Part shown: positions 25,798-43,398 of the stretch, one piece after another
Layout: every line of letters begins with the position of its first letter
Numbering within the stretch: position 1 is the first letter of the stretch
Source: Zygnema circumcarinatum SAG 698-1b
Taxonomy: Eukaryota > Plantae > Zygnematophyceae
Direction of reading: 5' to 3'
Assembly (NCBI GenBank): GCA_037447605.1
Contig: CM074804.1
Location: 6,363,909 to 6,427,847 of the forward strand
Length of the DNA: 63,939 nucleotides
The notes under the pieces: generated by a model
Told to the model about the DNA's origin: nothing
What the model saw: only the letters and a program-made list of their open reading frames with translations
Database searches by the model: none
Made by a program: the position numbers and the translations under genes

Positions 25798-26578
25798 GAT
25801 GTGAACCACGATGAGCAAGCATTTCTTGTTTCGTGGCAGTCTGAAATCAGCGAAATCTATCACTCTCTTCCAAGTGTTGCCACGTCGAATGTTCAGACGC
25901 AGCTTGTCCCTCGTGCAAGAGCAGAACCTTTCACAAGTGGTGCGTGTACCACATGATTCTGAAGGGTATCGAAGTGTCCGTAGAGAGAAGCCGGTTATTT
26001 GTAAATCGCCTGCAGCGCGTGTAAAAGGTGTGAAAAGATATGCAATATTCAAGAACAATTCCCCTCGTAGATTACAGTGCGAACTTCGCAAGCCGCAGGT
26101 CAGTTTCACAGGGTGACAGCATGTGGATTGTATGGATCCTATCCACCTCAATTTAATGTCGCATCATATCAACTTCAATAATAACAGTGGCCAAAACCAA
26201 AACTCAAGTTCCACACCCTCGGAAGGTAAATACGAGAGACAATAAGTTCGCAATGGAAACAAAGTGCGGGTGTAACCCACCCATATAAAGATACATAACA
26301 TTTGCGCGCCATTTCTAATACAAGCCAGAGAAGATCCTCCTGACCTTAAGGGCCCCTCTTCAAACCGAACACCAAGCAATCAGAATGTGCGACCTATTGA
26401 CATCAGAGAGGACCCGGTGGGTGCAGTGTGGGTCTATCGCCCTGGGACAAGCGGCACAGAAGCACGCCTGGCTTTCCAAGAAACGGCACATCCGCCCATA
26501 AGGGACAAGAAACACGGGAGCTTCTGAAGGTTTCTAACACCTGGAAGTTGTCGGGTATGCTGGGACGGCTGGGACCTG

Positions 26579-30484
<3,906 letters not shown>

Positions 30485-31316
30485 TGCAACCTCGTTTCAA
30501 GTATGCTTGCTGCCAGGCCCCGACGTCCTGCGATGCGCGCAGCGAGCAGCTTCCTTCCTTCCTGCAACCCTAAATGAAACTGGAGGCGCTGGCAGTTGGT
30601 TGGCAGGCAAGGGCCGGGCCACGGAGGGAGGGAGCCCAGCCAGCGGGCGGACCAAATACCGTACGGTACGGCCACCTCCGCACCCGCAGTCGTAGGCCGT
30701 ACGCGTAGGCCCTAGGCGTAGGCAGGGCCTGATCGTCTGACAGGCCGCAGCAGGTCGTCTTCAATGCAGCCGCTCCTAGACTCCATGCGTCACAGTTACG
30801 TTTATTGTAGGACTGCGCTCAAACTATGGCAGCGTTCGTACCTATGTCATGAATTCAACTGTGACGGATTTTGAAAACCCATGGAAAAGACGACGTTTGG
30901 ATCAGTCGGGCACCCTCAGAAAGTTTTCACGGGCAGGCGCGCTGTCGATCTGGGTAGGGGAAGGAAGTGGCGGTCTGCCCGGCCGAAAGGGCAGCCCCAA
31001 AATCGCGTGTCCGGGACACGCAACTGGAACTCGCATGGAAGGGTTGTGAATGCCTGCCATTCTCTACAGTCGCATGGAACCGTTGCGCCGCCGGCCTCCG
31101 TTCAGGCCGTGTTATCGGAGGCGCTAAAGTACTTTTCAGTGGAGATGCTGCAGATCCAAAAATTCAAGGGTTGGGTTTCTACTGCCAGCCGTCACAGAAG
31201 ACAGGAGGCTCTCTCGACGCGCATATAGTTCCAATTTTTGTTTCTTTTCTTGTTTCTGAAACTCTAAGTGCTTTTCCCCTAAAAAAGGCGAGAGGAGCTG
31301 CAATCCGGTCGCCACC

Positions 31317-34300
31317 ATGGTGCGCCTCATATCTGACTTTAAGATTTTTGTTTCTCGCCTTCTATTGCGATTTAAGAAAGTCTCGGTTTCTAACTGTTTG
31401 CATCCGGGTGCTTGATGTGTGCCAGCCTCAAGGTGACCATATTGATCTTCACCAGAAGCGCCATGGATACCGTCTGGATTACTTCGAGAAGAAGCGGAAG
31501 AAGGAGGCTCGAGAAGTCCATAAACGTTCCCAGTTTGCACAGAAGGTGAGGTCTGGGTTCTGTTGCTCGTCCGCAGGATGCTAGGTGCGTTGCCCAGAGG
31601 AATTCTAGCTTTCTTCGCAATTCCGCAGAATGCTTTTTATACTGAATGTATAATTTCTTAAACATTCATTTGTTTTACTTCTAGTAGAGAAAAAAAAACA
31701 AATGAATGTTTGAATGTCTCTCGCGACCTACTTGCTAGCCTGTGTGCGAATTGGGCATGATGGCTCCCATATATTATAGGGTGTTGCAAACATGATTTTC
31801 GAATCGCATGCTTGATTTGAATGCCTCCACTCTTCTTGTGGCAGTTTTTTTAATTCTGTAACTGAGGGCTGAGCAAGCCACCTGCCTTAAGTCCACGAGG
31901 ACCCCGGCGTTGGTGGCAAACTTACTGCTAACTAGTCTAAGTCCTGGCTTGGGTGCGTGTGCTTTAGGTGTTGGGACTTAAAGCGAAAATTTTTGCGAAG
32001 AAACGGTATGCGGAGAAGGCTACGATGAAGAAAACGTAAGTATTTCTGCCATTTCTTTCCTCATGAATTTTTTACCACCTCGTTCCTTTAGTTGCCCTTC
32101 CTGCCCCTTTTTCCTCTTAGTGCCACGTTGTATCGCTACCATGCTCGAACCAAACCTCTGTTTTTCATCTGAATGTTTTAATAGCTCACGCATCAGCGTG
32201 CTCTTTTTCTCCTTAACATGAAAAGGTGTATCCTCCATCACATTGCACAGGCCACTGTCTGTTGTTCAATGGCCTTTTGTGTGCTGGCTTTCGAATTCTA
32301 CAGGATTGCAATGCATAGCGAACGAACAAATAGGCACAAGGCTGACGACAAGGTGGAGGAAGGGGCTGTTCCTACTTATTTGCTCGAGCGCGAAGCAACT
32401 GCTCGGGCAAAGGTAAACCTCACTCTTTTGAAAAGGTCGGATGTGTAATTAGAGAAGCACGCCCACAGGATGTACTTCACATATTGGGGGCTGCGAAAGG
32501 ATCGCGAACTTTTGGATATCCTAAGCTTTTCGATGAAATCTAGGAGGGACTAGTTTTGAATATTGTTACATCAGCTATTCAAATAAGGTATCGCTCTTGT
32601 AACCTTCGTTTTGGCATTAGCTAAGTATGAGCTTGTGCAGGTGCACTTTGGCTTACTGGTTAAGATATGCTGTTCCCAATGCAAAAGCATGCATGAACAT
32701 GTTTTTTATGAACGTTCACAACTTGTTCTTAATCTTTGCTCCTGTGTGTGATTGGAGTTAATTCTTTCCTGAATGTAAAGCCTCAGTGCTTCTACAGAGT
32801 TACAGGGTATCCAGGAAATTTGTGGTCATCAAGCATGCACTGAATATTGGCTTGTGGGTGCCTTTTGCAGGTCCTTAGCAACACCATTAAGCAGAAAAGG
32901 AAGGAGAAGGCTGGGAAGTGGGAAGTACCTTTGCCGAAGGTGAGCTTGAACATGAAGAACATAAACTAATTTTTATACAATCCAAGAGAATTCTTTGAAG
33001 TTAACAAGATTGCCCGAAGGGCCATCAGTTTCTAGTGTTGAGTTTTTCATTCCGCCGAGTATGGAGGAAATACTATTATGAAATAAATTGGGAGCAGGCC
33101 TGTCACTATCCATTGCCTGTGTCGTGTGTCTTATATAGAGTAGGAGCCATTGATTGGAGCCCCTTAGTCGTTAGTCTTCCAGCCACCTTGGTGGAATTGG
33201 CAAGCCGGTAATACGTTGTTACAGAGTTCAAGTACTCGAAAAGCTCGTTTGAATCCTTTCCTCAAAGGCTGGACTTTCGCCTATGCTGGAGAATGAGCCC
33301 TTTAAAGCCACAAGAAATAGGAGTCAGTGTCTGTGAGGGGGCGAAATCGTGTGTGTCATGCCCTATGTAGCATGTGGTGGAGCCGCAAATTTCCTTCTTA
33401 GCTTTGCCAACTCCCAAATTCCTTTCGTTGGTTTTCCCCACTCAAGGAGGGCCTCGTTCTCGAACCTCTGTTCACCAAAAGGTGCTACTTGATGTGCGCC
33501 ATTGAAAAATTAGGTGACGTACAAGGCAGGCTGACAATCGGAATTCCTCAAATGGCTTCTGCTGAGAGGCAGTCCAGACCTTGATTGCCACGGATTAGGT
33601 TTTACGGGACCACAAGCCCTACGGTTTACGGGTGAAGAATAGAATCGGTCTTAGTGCCACCTAGGTTATGTACAGCGGCCACGTGGGGAGCTCCCACTAG
33701 GGACTGCTCGGTTGACTATGGCTTGCGTACTCAACACGCATAGCGTCTGCCTGATTAGCACACTTTCCTAACGTACGAACGGTAGGGTCGGCACACTCCG
33801 TAGGGGGCGATAGGGACGGTATACTCCTTGGACGGCACAGACCGGTGACGGGCGAGAGTGTTGCCGATCCTTGTGCCGTTGCATCGATTTCCAAATGTTA
33901 TTGGTAATTGTTATGAGAGGTGGATTGGGTGGATTTAAATGCAGGTACGGCCAATTGCTGAGGATGAAATGTTTCGTGTGGTTCACTCCGGCAAAAGAAA
34001 GAGTGAGATTCTGCTTCCGCTCTTATCCCAACTCCTTCCCTGGCTGCCGCTCCTCCTGTCTGTCTGCAGCCCGGACTTTATATCTTCTTGCGGCTGTTAT
34101 TTGACCACTCTTTGGTCGATGGGAAGTGCAGCTAAGCAATGGAAGAGGTTGGTTACTAAAGTAACATATGTCGGCCCTGGCTTCACAAGGAAACCGCCCA
34201 AATACGAGCGATTTATTCGACCGATGGCACTTCGTTTTACTAAGGTGTTTAAGACTAGTCATTCTTGGTGCCGTGTTGTTTCGTGCTTGTGTATATAAAT

Positions 34301-34996
34301 CTGCCTCAGTTCTCAGTAGTTTTCTTATATCGCAATACTGCAACGTACAGAGTTGCTGCCAATCCGAAAAGCTAGCTACGCATCTAAGGATGCAATTAAC
34401 TGGGAAAGCCGTGTGGCGTGATTGGATGGAAACAGGCACACGTCACTCACCCTGAGCTCAAGTGTACGTTCAATCTGGACATTATTGGCGTGAAAAAGAA
34501 TCCCAATGGTCCCATGTACTCCTCGATGGGTGTCATCACCAAAGGAACTATCCTCGAGGCAAGAGAGCGTCTTTAGTCAGTTTATTGCTCTTGTGCTGAT
34601 GCCAAACCTTGTGTACTATGTTCCTGATCAAGGTCTTTGTATCATGCATGAAAGAAATTCGCTGATGACATTATAAATGACCGACGTACAACGGTGATTA
34701 TACTGTGTTGCAGGTGAATGTGAGCGAACTAGGCCTGGTGACCCCTGCAGGAAAAGTTGTATGGGGTGAGTGCTCTTTTGTTTTGGTGAAAGCAAGCGAT
34801 CTGTTATGATGTGGCTGAGTGTAAACTTGGGAGGTCTATGGGTTGTGGTGATTTGATGTTCGCGCTTAGGAAGATGATTTTATCAATCGAGAATACTGAA
34901 GGTGCAAATCGATGGGGCTTGGTTGCAGGGAAATATGCCCAAGTCACAAACAATCCGGAAAATGATGGCTGTATAAATGCAGTACTTCTTGTCTAA
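31317..34996 (+). CDS. NSA2: Ribosome biogenesis protein NSA2
   Basis: First coding exon is ATG only (31317-31319), then [21 protein letters not shown]; [17 protein letters not shown]; [15 protein letters not shown]; [22 protein letters not shown]. Confidence 0.96.
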
Positions 34997-36860
34997 TCGT
35001 TTTAAAAAACAGATGGAAGATTTTCTGTCAGGATGTTGTTTCCTGCATGCCCACAATCTTAAACAACTCAAACAGCAGAATGGTCAAAAGGCAACTGGTT
35101 GCTGCTGTGGAGTTAGACGCAAATGCAAGTGCCGTGAGCGATCGGATGAGGAGCGAAGAAGATGGAGAGCAGAATTTGCATTTGCAGACGGTTTTTTCTG
35201 CTGATTACGCAGATATTGTCAGCAGTTGACATCGGGAGGTAGCCAAGTTTTCGAGGTGGACGTTTTCCCTGCCCTTATGAAGAATGAGGCTTCTTAGGGA
35301 TACAGCCGTAAGAAAGGCCCTCCAAATACAGTTGGCGTTCAGTGTACATCATTACAGGAGAATGTACGTAGTAGAGGGTTCAATCTTATCTTTCACGTTA
35401 CGTATTTGAAATCAGAATTAGAGCTGTTTATACGTTTGATCTTCATTGAGAAGCAGTATGGTCTTCAATTTCAATTTCGCCTACTGGGGCTTTTTTCTGA
35501 AGATTGAACCCCCTCTAGTAAGGCTTTCTTCAATCAAAGCCCACGGGCTGCGCTTTGGAGATGGTGGCGACCCTCGTGTGCATGAGAAGGGCTGTCATTG
35601 GGACCCGTGGTTCTCAGGCTCTGCGTATTGCTTGCATACTGGAGTCCAAACATGGAGTCCGTGTGAGCCTCTAGTCCATCCTGTGATCGCTGTCGTGACA
35701 GGAAGCCAACAGCGCATTGTCGGTTACAGTTCTCGTTTCGGATCACAGTTGGCAACCACTCAGCTGATGGCCGCTTCCTGCGCACCTCATTGCTCACTAA
35801 AAGAGATCTGTCTTCTTGCCCACCTCATCTCTTAACACAGACCTCAATCTCATTCACGCTCGCTTGCTCAGGGACTCGGGCAGAAAGGAGAAACCACCAG
35901 TCACCTCCCAACAGGGAAATGGGCACTGCACCGTCCTGTTCAAAACCGTACCGTCGAACGGGAGCGTAGCATAGAAAGTTAGCGTCAAACGCAACTGGCA
36001 CACGGAGCAGAGGCCGTACGGTGTCGGCGCGTCATCGAGCGGCGCCGATCTGCCGACCGCTGTCCCCTAGACATTCGTACCGTACGGTCCCGCACCAGAC
36101 ACGTCCGCCCGTAGGCGCGCCGCTTTCCGCCCGCATGTCCGTACGCCAGCTTGGCGCTTAGTGGGACTTTCCGCCGCCCTCCGCGTGACGTGACTCCTCG
36201 CTCCCATTGGCTGCGCCGAACGTTCCATGCACTCCGTCGAACCGAACTGCGCGCAACAATCTTTTGCGTGCCAACGTGGCGGGTCATGATGGCCCCGCGC
36301 GCGCCCGCCCGGGCGGGTTCCATGCGGCAGTTTCATGGCGCTCCGTGAGGCAAGGACTTGGGGACCGTATGGCGGATTGCTCCGCCCGCTGCGGCGCGCG
36401 GCCCGCCTCCCTCGCGCGACGTTCGGCCGTCGATCAGGCGAGGCGGATGGCTACGATGCGCCGCCGGGGCGCGGGAGTCGGCGGGCGGGCGCGGAAAGGG
36501 AGAGGGAGTCTTCCCACGCCGGCCCACTGTCCGCCTCCGCCCGCGAGTGCCGTACGGGCCTGTACGGCAGTGACGAGGAGGGAGGGAGGGAGGGAAAGAG
36601 GACGAGAGCGAGAGAGAGGGAGGGAGAGAGGGAGGCCATGGCGAGCATGGCGGCTTGCGGGAAAGCCTCTCTGCAAGAGAGTGCGCAAGTGAGAGGGCCT
36701 GGAGAAAGAGCGCATGCGGGGAGGAGGAGGGCGAGCTGACGATGCAACTGGGTGAAGCCGGGAGAGTATGCTGGAGGAAGCATCTGTGAATCACGGGGGC
36801 ATGCCGTACGCAGATCAGAAGGAAAAGAGACGGAATTCTTACACGAACAAGCGATCGAAG

Positions 36861-39800
36861 ATGGAGAGTAGCGAGAACGATGAGCTCACAAGCCCTCGCG
36901 TCAAGCGGCCGAACAATCAAGATGCTCCCCCGGGTATGCATGAGCCGCCCGGTTAGTGGAAGCTGCTGTCGGAGTCTCAGGGTTGCAAATGCTCGTGCCT
37001 ACAGAGGTGTGGTTTTTCGGTGCACGGCATTTGACGGGAGCTTACGTTCTTGTTCCTGGGAGGACTTCGTTGTTGCTTCCGCATTCTGTAGTGGTGTCCT
37101 TGTTGTATTTGTAAGCAGGGCACCGCAGAAGTCTTATCTCCTCTGGACTAACAGCTGGTAGCTCGTGCATATTCACTTGGTCGTTTGTGCCTTTTCAGTG
37201 GACCTCCATGGTCGTTTAGAGTTACAAATTCACAGTCAGCTGCAAATTACAGCGAGAGAGTTCTTTTCAGTACTTTCGTGAAGTTTCTAGCTTTCTTTTT
37301 AATTTCAAGTTAGATTACAGCTGCCTTTAAACCTTGCAGTCCCAGTCGTTTTTTTCCTTTTTCTCCTTTGCCAACCTGGGAATTGTCCTCTTGCAGATGA
37401 TATCAGCAGTATTGAATCCTGCATCAAATTCCTTGTTTCCAGTTCTGCAGCGGGATCCATTATTGGCAAAGGTGGATCCACTATATCTGAGTTCCAGGCG
37501 CAGTCCGCTGCTCGTATCCAGCTCTCTCGCACCCGCGAGTATTTTCCAGGCACGAATGACCGCATCATTCTTTTGAGTGGCACAGTCAGCAGCATCCTGA
37601 CGGCACTGCATCTCATATTGTCAAAGATTGCTGAGGTATGTGCCCGTGAAGCCATTCTTTCCACATGTGAATGTTGCAGCCAGCATAATGCTAGGCCATA
37701 GCTTACTGTTGTGTAAGGTAAGGGATGAATTATTATGAGATTTTTCGAAGATACATGTCATCGCAGAAACCTTAATTTGTCGTCTCTTCTCTTGGTGGCC
37801 ATTGTCAGTTTTGGAGGAACCTGATAACTGTAGGAATTGGCAGTTGGAGAAGCCACTTCAATTTTGGAATCGGTGCCTTGTGTTTCGACAATTTTGAATG
37901 CAGAAGTTGAATCTCGCTTACTTGTCTGCCTGACCGATGAGTTTCGTCCCTAGCGTCCCCGAGGAAGTTGTTCCACTTTGTAGAGTTCGGAGTATAGACA
38001 ATTTCTACGGAGGTTTCTCCCATTTGGAAGCGTGGGCACACCGTCTGTCTTCACTTGTCAGGTGCTACAAAGGAAAAGTGTCTTGATTAGGTCCCAGGTA
38101 TTTTAATGCTTATAACTTTGGAATGTTTTCAACCTGTCATTTCTCTTTCTGTGTTTTCGGGGTTGCCCATGTCCCTGAGTTTTACCAGGATGGCGACGAC
38201 CAACAGTCTGGATCAAGTCAAGGCTCGAAAGGACAAGTGCGACTCGTGATTCCTAATGCTGTTTGTGGCGCCATTATTGGGAAAGGTGGAGCTACAATCC
38301 GGTATGTAATCTATCAGTTTGTAAAATTTGGTTGAAGGGTTTATGGATAATTTTATTTTTTTTGTACATACTTTTGATTAGAGACCAGCGTTTGGGTGTG
38401 GGTTTATGTCTACGTACATATGTGACAAAGTGCATACCATTCTTTTATATCTATCCGTCGTGTGCTTGTGGCTATTGCAATGTTTTAGAGGCTCTCTTGG
38501 ATTTCGTCCTCACCTTCTGAGGCGGTGTTTCACTCCTGACTCACTTCTGTTAGCGCCCTTTTTTTTTTGAATGTTTCTATGTGGCAGATCTTTTGTGGAG
38601 GACTCTGGTGCAAGTATCAAGCTTTCATCTCAGGATCAGGCCCTGCCTGGTGTGTCGGACCGCCTTGTCACAATTGGAGGCACTCTTGAGCAACAATTGC
38701 GTGCTGTAGCCCTCATTGTAGCGAAGATCTCCGAGGATCCCGGTTACGCATCATATGCCACTGTGCCCCTGTCGTATACCGGTGAGCACTACAAAGCTGC
38801 TATCCTTGAACTATAGGGAACTTTCATGCTCACTTCACAGTGCACTTTTCCTTGGAAGATAGCCTCTTGGTATTATACAGAATGTGCAGGCTCCAGTATG
38901 TCTACCTTTTATCAATAAGGTACAGATAGGACAGTCTCCCTAATGCATGTTTTGTGAAACCTAAAACTTTGCTACATTGTCAGCCGACGGTGTATCTGCG
39001 TACTCTTGATTTGACTTACATTTTTGCCCTTCGTATAGGTGATCTGCACAGCAGTTACGTCAGGAATAGTAAAATCTGTTTCAGGCAGCTGATGTTCTCT
39101 TATGTAGTTACCTTGACCATGGAAGGTTGACTAGCAACTAAGTTCGGTCACCATGCTATTGAGGTCAGCATAATAGTTGGCTCTCGATAGTAGTCGTTTA
39201 CACTTGGTGGTCATCGTGCGCTTCGCTCTAAGCAGAAATATTCATATCTATTGGTTACCTCAGTTAAGTGAAGCTTTGCTATATACCTGTCAATCTATAA
39301 GATGTTGCTGCGGTATTGTAAACCATCAGTTGCTATCGAAGTCTATTGAACCTGTTGGCGACACTGAGTTTTTTTATGTTTTGTGTTTTTAGTCTTTTCG
39401 GCAGCTGCTGCTTCTGGTGGAGGTGTTCCAATGTACGGCTCTTCCAGTCCCGGCTATGGAAGCGGCCTTCGAACTTCTCCGTATCCCAGCATGCCACGCG
39501 GCAAGGTCATTTTCTAAACCATGCTTTCAGCGGGCATTTGTATCAGGATGAGCGTACTTCGAAGTCTACAGAATGGATCTTTGTCAGACAGTAAGTCGTG
39601 CAGCACGAGTGGGAAGTGGATAGTGAGTCATTGTTTCAAGCAATGCCATTGCGCCATTGTTGTAGGATTCTCCTTCGTGCTGTCTGTTGGCTTGCATGCT
39701 GACGTTTATGCCTTCATCATCGGTAAAGTTGTGGAAATCTCTGTGTGTGACAACCAGTTTGCTACCTGCAGGGGCCCAGTTTTGGTGGAGTTGGCGTATC

Positions 39801-40762
39801 AACTACTATCACTGTAGCTGTCCCGGATGAGCATGTTGGGGCCATGGTGGGGCGAGGTGGCCGAACAATTCTCGAGATACAGCAGGTGCTGCTTGCTGTT
39901 TTCTCTCTTTCTGCTCGCTTCTCGCTCTCTCTCTCTCTCTCTCGCCCCCTCTTTCGCTCTCTCCCTCTCCCCAACCCCCCGCGGTTTTCGCCTCGTGTAC
40001 AACTCGTCCTGCTGCTCACAGGTAGGCGCCCTTTTTCCCTGAATAGTGTGCTAACATTCATTCGCAAAATTAAGAATGAGCTGGATAGGATGGACTTGTG
40101 CGCGGATCTGCGGTTCATTCAGATTCTTCTTGGCGTATTGTCAAGTTTTTTTAGGACGATTTCCTTGCTTGCAGATCACAGGAGTTCACATAAAGCTGTC
40201 AGACCGTGGTGACTTTGTGGAAGGCACAAACCATAGGTAACGATCTCGGCTTCTAAAGTCATGCTTACTCTTATGTGTATACGCTCAATGCCTTCCGTTT
40301 GACCAATTTTTTTTGTCCATTACATTGTCGTATTCACTTAAACATCCGCTGTATGGCATATCTAATCTGAATTTCCTCAATACTGTTATGCGTTCGGCTT
40401 TTTCTAGAATTTACCATACAGAGCACTGCCTGATCCCCTAATATTCCTTCCAAGCTTAGTCCTCTCTACAAAAGCCTCTTGTTTTCATAATTATTCCTTC
40501 CTGGCTTTGTTGCAGGAAAGTGACTATCACCGGAAGCGCAGACGGAGTAGTTGCTGCTCAGCAATTAATCTCACAAAAAGTGGGGAGCTCGAGCGACTAT
40601 GATGTTGACCGCGACTATGACCGAGAGAGGACGAGAGATCGTGACCGGCCTCGTGACAGAGACCGCGCCCCTCGAGAGCGCGACCGCGACAGGGATCGAA
40701 CCCGCGACCGCGAGCGCTCTGAGCGTGATCGAGATAGGGACCGAGATCGCTTGCGGCGGTGA
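36861..40762 (+). CDS. BTR1: Three-KH-domain RNA-binding protein (BTR1/Nova-like) with C-terminal RD/RE-rich tail
   Basis: KH GxxG loops [18 protein letters not shown] and VGAMVGRGG; start MESSEN resembles BTR1 (an in-frame upstream ATG at 36768 is also possible). Confidence 0.88.
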
Positions 40763-43398
40763 CATGGAAATTCAAAGGAGGAGGAACTCTATGCGTGGAT
40801 AGAGTGAAGCCCTCCTCTCGAAGCAAAGCGTCAACCTTGTCTATCATTCCCACCACGGGATCCAAGAAGGCCATCGGCTGGGCTCAGGCTCAATTGAGCC
40901 TGCATGGAATAAGGTAGACGTGACTGCTTTGCAAAACTGAGGGGCGGACAGTGGACCTGGGGCATCGCTGGCGACGGATGCTTGTAATCAAAGTTTAAGG
41001 TACGAGACTCTTCTGTTTAGCATTCGAAAAGCTGAACAGGTTTTCTAGTTGTGTTATTCAACTGTCTCATAGACAATAGCGGTTTACAGGGCTCAGGAGT
41101 GCGTGTCCTGGACTTTCCGGCTTCGGATTCGAACAGCTCAAAAAAAAGTGTATGGGGTCTGGGAATCGAGAATAGAGACTCGATTTGGCAAGGACGTTGG
41201 AGGATTTCGAGGCTATTTTTGTACCGCAGATGTATTCTACTTTCGGACAGAAACAATGAATACGGAAAGCAACTCGTTAGATGAGTTGGGTCTCCATTTT
41301 GCATAAAGGTTTTAGGAGGGTTGTAGAGTAGGTCATGGCACGTGCCCGTAGCAATCGTCCATGGTGTAGCTGTAGTTTGATTGAACCCGAATTTGTACTT
41401 TTACCATTTGAAACATTGTCCTATAGAAAGACTATATTCAACAATGACTGCGTGCGGTGAAATCTGAGTGTGAACACTCTCTTGAAACGTTTGAGCGGCG
41501 TGGCAGTCCTCATAAGCTTTTTGACAAATGCTTCCATTCAAGGCTGCCCCAGAATTGGTTGGCGAGTGTGGCCCTACTGCCATGCTTTCACACCGTGTTT
41601 AAAAAAACCTGGTGCGAGGTTGAACTGTCCTGGTTGACAAACTAAGCACTGCCTAGTTGTTTTTCTTTTCTTCGTGACAGTTCGTTCGTTGGTTTGAACC
41701 GGTGGCGGCAACATGCAATGGAGTTAGGGGGCTTCAAACTCAGAAAAAAAAAACATATGTATGAGATTCGAAATCCGTAGGTCAACCGTGTGGGGATCTG
41801 TACTTCGGCAGGTCAAAACTCATAGCCTCAAAGGCCAAAAGCAAGAAACAGTGATGAGAGCGTCACACTTGAGCAAAGAAAGGAAGTGAATTGGCACTTA
41901 TCTCGCAATGGCGATGCTGTTCGCAGGTGCATGAACCGGTCACTTAAAAAATTGAAGTGACCGTTGAAGGAAAAGAAAGTCTATAAGAGGAACACTGCAC
42001 TTAGGCCGAACTCGAACATCACATCACGGTTTTTTAGGGAAAGAAAAGCAGCCGCGACGGTCGGCGACGCGGGGCACGCCTCGCTGAGGGAGGGCGTAAG
42101 GCCGCCGGGACGGTAAAAAAACCACGTCGAAGCGCCACGTTAAAGGAGCGCGGACGCAGGGCAGCGCTGTCAGGCGACGGAAATGGGAGGTTGTGAGCAC
42201 AGCCGGTGGAGGGAGGGAGGGAGGGAGGGAGGGAGGGAGGGAGGGAGGGAGGGAGGGTCTTCGGGGCAGTGCACCTCAACTCAAGGGAGCGATGGGCGCG
42301 AGGCAATGTTTGACTAGTAAGAAAGTAGGCGCAGCAGAGTCTATAGGATCTCCAAGCTGTAGGATCTTTGAGTTCAATGCCATTTTCCTTCCTTTTCAGT
42401 CAACGATGTGAACTTCAAAACTCCACTACGAAATTAATCAAAAGGGATGTGGCATTGACCTCACGATGGCGATGATGCCATCAAATGTACATGGCCAAAA
42501 TCAGCATCACGGGGAACCACGAGGAGGAACTGGTCGCAACGGACCTAAGCACAAAAAGAAAAAAGCTAGGAGCGAAAAAGCCGTCGGCTTCAGACATAGA
42601 AAACCTCCATAGCTTAGAAGGTCGAGGTCATTTCACGCTTCCCCGCGAAACAGGGCAGTACGGTAGCAGGGGACTCCGGAGTACTGTACCATGCTTCCTT
42701 CAGGGCAAATTTCATATCGATTTTTCCAGCTAGGGGGGTTTCAGACTTGGCTTGGCCCTATGAATTCAGAAGTTGTTCTTAATTACGGTGCAGATTTTGA
42801 ACCTAGACAAAATGGCAATAATGGCAACCCGTAGTACGGTAATCAGTCGCAAGTAGGGATGGCCCGCGTTATAAAGTCCGACTACATTACTTACTTAACA
42901 ACTCGTTCAATATAATATATGTTCAAAACTCGTTTTGAACAATTAACGACCGTACGACCGTACTCGTACGTCGTACGGTCGTACCGTACCAAAATTAGGT
43001 CGTTTTGGCGTTGGCGTTGCGAAATGCGTCCGCCTGGTTCACTCTGTTTGCTCGTGCTCGGGCTCGCCGCCGAGAGGCAGGCACGGGGATCATGGAGGGC
43101 ACCGGAGGAGAAGGAAAAAGAGAAGGAGAAAGAGGAGAAGGAAAAGGAAAAGGAGTGTCAATTCCGGCAACAACAATGAGACAAGAGAAATCTTTCCAAG
43201 TATTATGCAACAACGCATAGTGGTTGACAAATTATGGTTTGAATTGAATGCAATGTTTGACTTTGACGTAGCAGTTCCTGGTGATCCATTATTTCATATG
43301 CCAAGAGTGACAACTCTTATTGATACAACTCAGTATGAGCAGATAAATGTAAAAGCCTTAGNNNNNNNNNNNNNNNNNNNNNNNNNNNNNNNNNNNNN

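Noticed and set aside
33541-33600. TPP riboswitch, hammerhead, RNase P/MRP or snR30 identity for the NSA2 intron structure
   Set aside because: Only isolated words match (GCTGAGA, GGAATTC); the downstream conserved elements are absent
42034-42733. Possible gene after the (GGGA)n tract, which resembles the 5' regions of neighbouring genes
   Set aside because: Only short ORFs with no recognisable domain or splice chain
43005-43361. ORFs in the hAT left end (MALALRNAS..., MQQRIVVDKLW...) as transposase
   Set aside because: No BED finger or DDE motifs, and the two copies differ by frameshifting indels
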